Of a stretch of 64,000 nucleotides of DNA, positions 56,827 to 64,000 are shown one piece after another. Both the position numbers and the translations under genes were made by a program. The stretch's first letter is position 1. Each line of letters starts with the position of its first letter. The notes below the pieces were generated by a model that ran no database searches, was not told the origin of the DNA, and saw only the letters and a list, made by a program, of their open reading frames with translations. The stretch lies in NCBI GenBank assembly GCA_028694925.1, contig JAQVJW010000002.1, positions 9,797 to 73,796 on the forward strand, given 5' to 3'. The stretch is from Patescibacteria group bacterium. GTDB taxonomy: Bacteria > Patescibacteriota > CPR2 > UBA1875.

Positions 56827-57438
56827 ATGAATATAGAGATAATTACAATTATATTTTGGCTAACGGCCCTTTTCGTTTCGATTACCGTTCATGAATTTAT
56901 GCATGCCTGGACGGCAAATTACCTGGGGGACCCGACGGCTAAAGCCCTTGGAAGGGTAAGCCTAAACCCGATTGCCCACATTGATCCTATCGGAACAGTC
57001 CTTTTGCCCCTTGTGATGGTCCTGACGACTGGTTTTGTTTTTGGCTGGGCTAAGCCAGTTCAAATAAATCCAAATAACTTTCGAAACTATCGTGTTGGGC
57101 AAGCCTTAACGGCTATTGCGGGTCCTTTCGCAAATCTTGTGATGATCCTTCTTTTTACGGCCATTTACAAGTTAATGCCTGAAAGCGGACTCTTTAGTAT
57201 TTTCCTTATTATCTTAATCGAGCTTAATGTTGTTTTGATGGTATTTAACCTTATACCTGTTCCTCCTCTTGATGGTTCCAAGGTCCTTTACATGTTTCTT
57301 CCGTTTGAAACGATCAGAAAACTCGAAATGTACGGTCCCTTTATCCTACTTCCCCTCCTTATCTTCTTCGGAGGAGCAATAATCTTCCCTGTTATCTCAT
57401 TTATTCTTGGTTCTCTGGGACTTCCACCAATTTTTTAA
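56827..57438 (+). CDS. Site-2-protease-family (M50) zinc metallopeptidase, small form
   Basis: HEFMHAW (HExxH) within TM helices. Confidence 0.65.
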   Translation: MNIEIITIIFWLTALFVSITVHEFMHAWTANYLGDPTAKALGRVSLNPIAHIDPIGTVLLPLVMVLTTGFVFGWAKPVQINPNNFRNYRVGQALTAIAGPFANLVMILLFTAIYKLMPESGLFSIFLIILIELNVVLMVFNLIPVPPLDGSKVLYMFLPFETIRKLEMYGPFILLPLLIFFGGAIIFPVISFILGSLGLPPIF

Positions 57439-57515
57439 CGGGGTGTGGCGCAGTTGGCTAGCGCGTACGCATGGGGTGCGTGAGGTCGCAGGTTCGAGTC
57501 CTGTCACCCCGACCA
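57439..57515 (+). tRNA. tRNA-Pro (anticodon GGG), CCA-encoded
   Basis: Manual fold: acceptor CGGGGUG/CACCCCG, anticodon stem UACGC/GCGUG with loop AUGGGGU, and T-arm GCAGGUUCGAGUCCUGU. Confidence 0.85.
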
Positions 57516-57576
57516 AAATATAGTGGAATATATAATAGTCTTGACTATTTTATAATATGGTATATAATAGTCGTAT

Positions 57577-58698
57577 ATGAAAAGAAGTCAATTTTCACAA
57601 ATTATTAAAGATTTAGAGAAGAAAATGGTCTTTATAGTCGGTCCTAGGCAAGTCGGGAAAACCTGGCTAGCTAAGGAGGTGGGCAAAAATTTTGAAAAGA
57701 CTGTCTATTTGAATTTTGATAGTGTTGAAGATCGAAAGATTTTAAAGGAGAAAACTTGGCCTCGAGATACAGAGTTATTAATTCTAGATGAATTACATAA
57801 AATGAAGGGGTGGAAGAATTACTTAAAAGGCGTTTATGATACAAAGGATAAAAGTTTAAAAATCCTAGTAACTGGTAGTGCCAGGTTGAATACCTTCCGT
57901 CAGTCGGGTGATTCCTTATCTGGGAGATTTTTTTTGCATCGGCTTTTACCCTTTTCTTTAACAGAGCTAAAGACCGAAGAATCATATTCTAATATCGATA
58001 GATTAATCGAGAGAGGTGGATTCCCAGAACCGTTCTTAGCATCAAATGCAAAAGAAGCCCAAAGATGGCGTAACCAATATATTGATGGATTGATAAGAAC
58101 AGATATTCTAGACTTTAAAACAGTTCATGATCTTCGGGCGATTCAGATGGTTCTAGAGCTTTTACGTCGGAAGGTTGGTTCCCCAATCTCCTATACCTCT
58201 ATTGCAGAAGACGTGCAAATATCACCTGTCACCGTAAAAAGATATATCGATATTTTTGAAGAACTATTCATTGTATTCAAGGTCGCTCCGTATTCAAGAA
58301 ACATCGCGCGTTCGATACTAAAGGAACCAAAAATATATTTCTTTGATAACGGTTTAGTGGTCGGTGATGATGGTTCTCTTTTCGAGAATTTCGTGGCCGT
58401 TAGTCTTTTTAAGCATGTGATTGGGATGACAGATTATACTGGAGAGAAACATGAATTGAAGTATATGCGCACTAAGGAGGGGAAGGAGGTTGATTTTGCG
58501 CTCATTAAGAATGACAAAGTCGAAAAACTCATTGAAGTAAAGAAGTCAGATAACGACCTAGATAGAAATCTCAAATATTTTTCAAACAAATTTAATCTAC
58601 CCGGAATACAATTAGTAAAAGAATTAAAAAGGGCAAAATCTATCGGTAAAGTGGATATTGTTTTGGCAGAAAATTACTTAAAAGAATTATTCCTATAA
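57577..58698 (+). CDS. AAA+ ATPase, AAA_14 plus DUF4143 (COG1373-type)
   Basis: Walker A GPRQVGKTW and a C-terminal DUF4143-like region. Lies next to a tRNA gene. Confidence 0.7.
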   Translation: MKRSQFSQIIKDLEKKMVFIVGPRQVGKTWLAKEVGKNFEKTVYLNFDSVEDRKILKEKTWPRDTELLILDELHKMKGWKNYLKGVYDTKDKSLKILVTGSARLNTFRQSGDSLSGRFFLHRLLPFSLTELKTEESYSNIDRLIERGGFPEPFLASNAKEAQRWRNQYIDGLIRTDILDFKTVHDLRAIQMVLELLRRKVGSPISYTSIAEDVQISPVTVKRYIDIFEELFIVFKVAPYSRNIARSILKEPKIYFFDNGLVVGDDGSLFENFVAVSLFKHVIGMTDYTGEKHELKYMRTKEGKEVDFALIKNDKVEKLIEVKKSDNDLDRNLKYFSNKFNLPGIQLVKELKRAKSIGKVDIVLAENYLKELFL

Positions 58699-58794
58699 CA
58701 AACGGCATAGTTTGACACTTACAATTTATATTTGAAATATATTTATGATATGTCATAATTAATTAGAAATTATTTACTCTAAAAGGAGGGGGAA

Positions 58795-59940
58795 ATGAAG
58801 AAAATATTAAGTCTAATAATGGTAATCTCGATGGGATTACTATTTTGTTTTTCGCCAGTCTTTTCAGCGGCTGGAGAGAAAGACCAATCAGCTGAAAATC
58901 CGTCGGCGACGGGAGGGGTAGTACTATTCCCTTACGACAACTTACAGCAAGGCCAGACCTTTACTCCAACCAAGAATAGTCTTACCAGAATCAGTATTTA
59001 TCTTCGGGACAAGGTGAATGGGGCCGGTATTCGCCTTGCGTTAAGAAAAGAGTCCGATAAAACACCGGTTGGTGGTGAATATCACTTTAAAAGAATTGAG
59101 GGTAGCGGGACAGGCTGGGAGGATTGGTCCTTTGATGGCAGCCCTCTTACTGTTGAGCCCGGAGAGTCCTATGGAATTTATGTGGGGATGCTTAGCAGCT
59201 CGACTACCTATTGGGTAGCTTCCTTAGATTCATACGGCAGTGGTGTGAAAAGGCAATATAGTCCGGTAACTGATACCTACTATACTTTTTCGGGTGACTC
59301 AACCTTCATTGTCGAAGGCAATCTGGTGACTACCCCAGCTCCAGAGACTCCACCCGCAAGCGATCCGACCGAAAGTACTGAAGAAGAAGCCACCGAACAA
59401 ACCAAAACCGATGCCAAGGAAGCTGAGGTCGATGAATCGATTGAAGCACCAGTCCTTACCGGTGTTCTTCTAAATCAAGAAGAAGTAGAGCTTACAGATG
59501 AGAAAAAGGTCACGATTGAAGAGAAGGATGAGTTAATCCTAAACGGAACAGCGCCGAAGGGTTCTGTCGTTGTTATCTTTGTAGGTGAAGAGTCGTATGA
59601 GGTACCGGTAGATGATGCTGGTAATTGGACTTTTAAAGTTGATAATGAGGCGCTTTCAGCTGGCGATAATGTTATAAAGGTGCAAACCCAGGTAGATGAA
59701 AAAGGAAGTGAGATAGTCGATCTTCTGACCGTAAACATGAGGGTAGCGGCCGTAACGGTTGGAGAGACCGCTGTGACGCCTTGGTATCTGACTTGGGGCA
59801 TCTATCACACGATCGGACTTGTGCTCCTTCTTATCCTCCTTGCTCTTCTTGTTATATACCTTGTAATCCTAAGGAAGAAGAACAAAGGAACTCTAAAATC
59901 AAAAGAAGTGTTTGGGAAGAAAGAGAAGGAAGAACAGTAG
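58795..59940 (+). CDS. Secreted, C-terminally membrane-anchored surface protein with an acidic linker
   Basis: Signal peptide, an E/T/P-rich linker and a C-terminal TM plus KK stop-transfer. Confidence 0.4.
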   Translation: MKKILSLIMVISMGLLFCFSPVFSAAGEKDQSAENPSATGGVVLFPYDNLQQGQTFTPTKNSLTRISIYLRDKVNGAGIRLALRKESDKTPVGGEYHFKRIEGSGTGWEDWSFDGSPLTVEPGESYGIYVGMLSSSTTYWVASLDSYGSGVKRQYSPVTDTYYTFSGDSTFIVEGNLVTTPAPETPPASDPTESTEEEATEQTKTDAKEAEVDESIEAPVLTGVLLNQEEVELTDEKKVTIEEKDELILNGTAPKGSVVVIFVGEESYEVPVDDAGNWTFKVDNEALSAGDNVIKVQTQVDEKGSEIVDLLTVNMRVAAVTVGETAVTPWYLTWGIYHTIGLVLLLILLALLVIYLVILRKKNKGTLKSKEVFGKKEKEEQ

Positions 59941-60014
59941 AAGAAGAGATAATAACGGAAAAAGAACAAAAGAACCACTCGAAAGGGCGGTTCTTTTGGG
60001 CTATAATAGCCTAG

Positions 60015-60416
60015 ATGAAAAAGCTAATCATAAATACTGATGGAGGGGCAAGGGGTAACCCTGGGCCTGCTGGTATAGGGGTTGTATTTTCGGACGAAAA
60101 GGGCGAGAAAATTGCAACCTTTAGGGAATATATTGGAGAGGCCACCAATAATATTGCAGAATACAAGGCGCTAATCCTTGCGCTAGAAAAGGCCAAGGAT
60201 TTTGAGGCAGAAGAGATCGAGTGTCGGCTTGACTCAGAACTTGTTGTAAAACAGCTTCGGGGAGAATACAAGGTAAAGGACGAAAAGCTGAAGGAACTCT
60301 ACGCTCGGGTTCAAGAGTTGGCTTTTTTTAAACCAATAAAATATGTGCATGTGCGGAGAGAGAAGAATGAAGAAGCAGATGCACTCGTGAATGAAGCAAT
60401 TGATGAAGTTAGATGA
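60015..60416 (+). CDS. rnhA: Ribonuclease HI-like (RNase H type 1 fold)
   Basis: DGGARGNPGPAG, NNIAEYKAL, DSELVVKQ and NEEADALV. Confidence 0.8.
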   Translation: MKKLIINTDGGARGNPGPAGIGVVFSDEKGEKIATFREYIGEATNNIAEYKALILALEKAKDFEAEEIECRLDSELVVKQLRGEYKVKDEKLKELYARVQELAFFKPIKYVHVRREKNEEADALVNEAIDEVR

Positions 60417-60473
60417 TTTTAAATTGACCTTAGGCCAAAAATTTGACAAAATAAGTATAAGTTTGGGGGGAAA

Positions 60474-61253
60474 TTGCCGAAAAAGAAAATAACTAAAAAA
60501 CCAGTCATTGAAGTAAAAGATCTCTACAAATCCTTTAAGGTTGGTAAGGGAACTGTTGATGTTCTTCGGGGTATTAACTTTGAGATAATGCCTGGGGAGT
60601 TTGTTGTGATCTTTGGACCCTCTGGTTGTGGTAAGAGCACCCTTTTAAATACAATGGTAGGCCTTGAAGTTCCGACAAAGGGCAAGGTATATGTAAGGGG
60701 AACGGATGTTTACTCCCTAGATACTAATGATCGATCGGAATTCAGGCGTAAGAAGTTCGGGATTGTTCAACAGCAGTCAAACTGGATTAAGTCTTTAAAT
60801 GTGATTGAGAATGTGGCCCTGCCTCTTTGTATCTCGGGGCAATCGTATGGGTCGAGTATAAAGAGGGCGCACAAGCTCTTAAATCTCTTTAGGCTTGAAG
60901 AATTTGAGAAAAATACCCCAACTGAACTCTCTGGAGGTCAGCAACAACGGGTCTCGGTCGTTCGGGCCCTTGTTAGTAACCCCTGGATTGTGATTACAGA
61001 TGAGCCTACCGGGAATCTTGATACGACTTCAGCGGCAGACCTGATGTATGTTCTTCAGTATCTAAATTCTGAGTCAAAAAGAACCGTCATCATGGTTACT
61101 CATAATCCAGAATATGAGAAATATGCCACGAAAGTTATTAAGATGGAGGATGGGAAGGTAAAATCAGTTGTAACCAAAAAAGAGATTGCCGTTTCCGACG
61201 ATGATGTTGCCGGTGATGTTGTGCCCCCAGATGCCGCGGAGGTTCCAGCATGA
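60474..61253 (+). CDS. ABC transporter ATP-binding protein (MacB/LolD-type)
   Basis: [25 protein letters not shown] and [10 protein letters not shown]. Paralog of 35337..36287. Confidence 0.9.
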   Translation: MPKKKITKKPVIEVKDLYKSFKVGKGTVDVLRGINFEIMPGEFVVIFGPSGCGKSTLLNTMVGLEVPTKGKVYVRGTDVYSLDTNDRSEFRRKKFGIVQQQSNWIKSLNVIENVALPLCISGQSYGSSIKRAHKLLNLFRLEEFEKNTPTELSGGQQQRVSVVRALVSNPWIVITDEPTGNLDTTSAADLMYVLQYLNSESKRTVIMVTHNPEYEKYATKVIKMEDGKVKSVVTKKEIAVSDDDVAGDVVPPDAAEVPA

Positions 61254-62452
61254 GCATGAGAAAAACATTTATTTCTCGCCTGGCCTTAAGGAGCATAACA
61301 GGGCACAAATTGCGCTCGGTTCTTACAATTGCTGGTATTGCTATTGGTGTTGGCTTCATCATTTTTCTAATCTCACTTGGTTATGGCCTTCAGCGTATCT
61401 CAACCCAGGAGGTAGCTAATCTCGAGGCGTTACAGATTATTGAGGTAAGCCCAGGTAAATCAAAGATTATTAAGATCGATGATGATACGATCGAAAAGTT
61501 TATGAGTCTTTCTGATGTAGAGGCAGCAGAGCCTCAGTTGAGCCTAGTTGGGACCTTCTCGGTCGATACGGGTTCGATTGAAGGGGTTGTCTATGGGAAG
61601 GATACTGATTATTTAGAGCTTGAAGAGACAGATATAGAGGCCGGGAGACTCTATAGTAGTGACCTGGCACAAGAGGTCGTCATAAACAAAGCGATTGCGA
61701 CTCAATTTGGCTTTACAGATACTAATAATATTTTAGGTGAGACGGTTACGATTAGTACCAATATCGGTTCAGAATATTTAAACGACAAAGAGGACCCACT
61801 TAAAAAAGAAGATGATTTTAAAATAGTAGGGGTTCTTTCAAACTCAGATTCCCCCTATGCTTATGTCCCACTTGAGGTCTATACCGATTACGGAGTAGTG
61901 AACTATAGTTCTGCTAAGGTAAAAGTGGGGAGTAAAGAGGCTACAGATACGGCAAAGCAACAAATCGAGAATTTGGGTTACAAGACAACGACCCTAAAAG
62001 ATACGGTTGATCAGATTAATCAGTTCTTTGGCATCTTTCAGTTAATCTTACTATCTTTCGGAGCGATTGCTGTCCTTATCGCGGCCCTTGGTATGTTCAA
62101 CACCTTAACTATCTCACTTCTTGAAAAGACCCGTGAGATATCCTTTATGAAAGTTCTTGGAACAAACGGGAAAGATATTTGGAGAATGTTTATCGCAGAA
62201 GCCCTTTTAATTGGCTTTATAGGCTCGATGGTGGGTATTTTAGCCGGTCTTTTAGTGGGGGGATTTTTAAACGACTTTCTTGCGACCTTAGCCGAAAGAA
62301 CTGGCAACAAGCCAGTAGAGATATTCTATGCGCCATTTATCTTTACCTTTGCAACCTTTGCTATAGCGATGATTATAAGCTTCCTTACGGGTATTTACCC
62401 ATCATACAGGGCCTCAAAGATAGATCCGCTTGAAGCTCTAAGGTATGAGTAG
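61250..62452 (+). CDS. ABC transporter permease, FtsX/MacB-like
   Basis: Same architecture as 36284..37465, ending PLEALRYE. Confidence 0.85.
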   Translation: MSMRKTFISRLALRSITGHKLRSVLTIAGIAIGVGFIIFLISLGYGLQRISTQEVANLEALQIIEVSPGKSKIIKIDDDTIEKFMSLSDVEAAEPQLSLVGTFSVDTGSIEGVVYGKDTDYLELEETDIEAGRLYSSDLAQEVVINKAIATQFGFTDTNNILGETVTISTNIGSEYLNDKEDPLKKEDDFKIVGVLSNSDSPYAYVPLEVYTDYGVVNYSSAKVKVGSKEATDTAKQQIENLGYKTTTLKDTVDQINQFFGIFQLILLSFGAIAVLIAALGMFNTLTISLLEKTREISFMKVLGTNGKDIWRMFIAEALLIGFIGSMVGILAGLLVGGFLNDFLATLAERTGNKPVEIFYAPFIFTFATFAIAMIISFLTGIYPSYRASKIDPLEALRYE

Positions 62453-62476
62453 TTTAGTGTGGCGATACTACAATCG

Positions 62477-62505
62477 TTGAATATTTGAGAATACTATGCT
62501 AAAAT
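62477..62505 (+). promoter_or_regulatory. Sigma70-like promoter TTGAAT-17-TAAAAT for ssrA
   Basis: Lies about 12 nt upstream of the tmRNA 5' end. Confidence 0.45.
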
Positions 62506-62516
62506 GCTCCTTGTCT

Positions 62517-62903
62517 GGGGCTGACTTGGCTTCGACGGAAGTTACTTGAAATCAGAATAATGCAATTCGCGGTCGCATATCCGCGTTAACCAATATGTAA
62601 ACAAATAAGTGTAAAAACACTTGCCGCTAAAGTTAGAAATGCATTTAGCATGCCTGCTTTAGCAACTGTTGTCGCATAACTGCGGTAACCATCTGCTCCC
62701 CAACGTCCGATAGGGGTCAGCAGGTGCTAGAACTTCGGGCTGCTCTGGGTGACTTGCCTAAACCCAGCTAAGACTTAGGTAATTGGTTGTAAGTTTTTTC
62801 TTAGATCTTTAGCTTGCAACCGAGAAAAGAGATCTGAGTATGATTGCTAAAGTTGTTCTGGTTTTGCTTTCGGACGCGGGTTCAATTCCCGCCAGCTCCA
62901 CCA
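62517..62903 (+). ncRNA. ssrA: tmRNA (transfer-messenger RNA)
   Basis: 5' GGGGCUGACUUGGCUUCGACG and a 3' tRNA-like end GGACGCGGGUUCAAUUCCCGCCAGCUCCACCA. The internal tag ORF ends ...GCA TAA. Confidence 0.8.
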
Positions 62904-62957
62904 ATGCTTACTTTTTGGCTTTATAGAGCCTTTTTAAATATGTGATAGAATGGTTAT

Positions 62958-64000
62958 ATGGAACATAAAAATCATCATAATCATCACGAACACATGATAG
63001 CTGACTTTCGAAAGAGATTTTTTGTATCTCTTGTTCTTACTATTCCAATATTGTTATTATCCCCACTCGTTCAAAACTTCCTTGGACTTTCAGAGACCCT
63101 TGCTTTTCAAGGTGATAAATATGTTCTCTTTTTACTTTCTACAATTATATTCTTTTATGGTGGTTGGCCATTTTTAACTGGCCTAATCTCTGAATTAAAA
63201 CAAAAAAAACCTGGAATGATGACTTTAATAGGTTTGGCAATAACTGTTGCTTATACCTACAGTGCTGCTGTTACCTTCGGGCTAGAAGGAAAGGTTTTTT
63301 ATTGGGAGCTTGCTACCTTGATAGATGTAATGCTACTTGGTCATTGGATAGAGATGCGTTCGGTGATGAGTGCATCTCGTGCCTTAGAAGAATTGGCAAG
63401 ACTGATGCCATCCGAAGCTCACTTGGTTATGAGAAATGGTGCTGTAAAAGATATAGCTCTAGCGAAAATTAAAAAAGGTAACATAGTTTTAGTTAAACCT
63501 GGGGAAAAGATACCTGCAGACGGTATTGTTATCTTTGGTAAATCATTTGTTAACGAATCGATGTTAACTGGTGAGTCTGTACCTGTAGAGAAAACTATTA
63601 ACTCCGAAGTTGTTGGTGGCTCAACAAACGGTGAAGGCTCGTTAAAGATAAAAGTCATGAAGAAAGGAAAGGATTCTTTCCTTTCACAGGTTATAGAATT
63701 GGTCCGTGAAGCCCAAGAAAGTAAATCAAAAACGCAAGACCTTGCTAGTAAGGCCGCCTTATATCTAACAATAGTGGCAATATTTGGTGGATTAGTTACC
63801 TTAATTGTTTGGTATCTAATACAAGGAGAAACACTTGCCTTTTCACTAGAAAGAACTGTTACTGTAATGGTAATAACATGTCCTCATGCACTTGGGTTAG
63901 CTGTGCCTTTAGTTGTGGCAGTATCCTCTGGTATATCTGCAAAGAAAGGTATACTAATCAGAAATAGAGTTGCATTCGAAAAAGCAAAAGATATTCAAGC
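62958..64000 (+). CDS. Heavy-metal (copper-type) P1B-type ATPase, N-terminal part; continues past the window end
   Basis: His-rich N-terminus (MEHKNHHNHHEH), TM helices, the actuator-domain TGES motif (MLTGESVPV) and the CPH motif (ITCPHALGLA). Absent from the ORF track because no stop falls within the window. Confidence 0.85.
   Translation, partial: MEHKNHHNHHEHMIADFRKRFFVSLVLTIPILLLSPLVQNFLGLSETLAFQGDKYVLFLLSTIIFFYGGWPFLTGLISELKQKKPGMMTLIGLAITVAYTYSAAVTFGLEGKVFYWELATLIDVMLLGHWIEMRSVMSASRALEELARLMPSEAHLVMRNGAVKDIALAKIKKGNIVLVKPGEKIPADGIVIFGKSFVNESMLTGESVPVEKTINSEVVGGSTNGEGSLKIKVMKKGKDSFLSQVIELVREAQESKSKTQDLASKAALYLTIVAIFGGLVTLIVWYLIQGETLAFSLERTVTVMVITCPHALGLAVPLVVAVSSGISAKKGILIRNRVAFEKAKDIQ

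Overview
This is a low-GC (about 40%), gene-dense bacterial window with short intergenic spacers and TGA used as a stop codon, so it reads with the standard code 11. The gene content looks like a small-genome, CPR/Patescibacteria-like organism, but that is inference only. Supporting genes are murT/gatD, a 2,581-aa RCC1-repeat surface protein, an infC-rpmI-rplT operon, rplY, rpmB, thrS, miaA/miaB, RNase P RNA, tmRNA and two tRNAs. The first 7 kb is a defence/accessory island. It holds a DUF3883 C-terminal fragment tightly coupled to a C5-methyltransferase, an Mrr-type PD-(D/E)xK nuclease, two duplicated KGG-repeat mini-proteins, and a PHP-phosphoesterase::SMC/RecF-like ATPase (a Ppl-like architecture) with an unknown partner 4 nt downstream. 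Further toxin/abortive-infection modules include a class II Fic protein with a consensus leaderless promoter and an AbiEi/AbiEii pair sitting beside a compositionally foreign (about 52% GC) two-gene insert. An HTH-Fic with a degenerate active-site motif overlaps a SWIM zinc-finger gene. One palindromic operator, GTATTGCGACA..TGTCGCAATAC, recurs upstream of both AbiEi and the HTH-Fic/SWIM pair. A conserved intergenic element of about 65 nt occurs in two copies, at 7056 and 19619. The remainder is housekeeping and envelope functions: a polysaccharide synthase mini-locus, metal transporters, two MacB/FtsX-like ABC pairs, an ECF sigma/anti-sigma pair, a bactofilin, and a P-type ATPase truncated at the window end.
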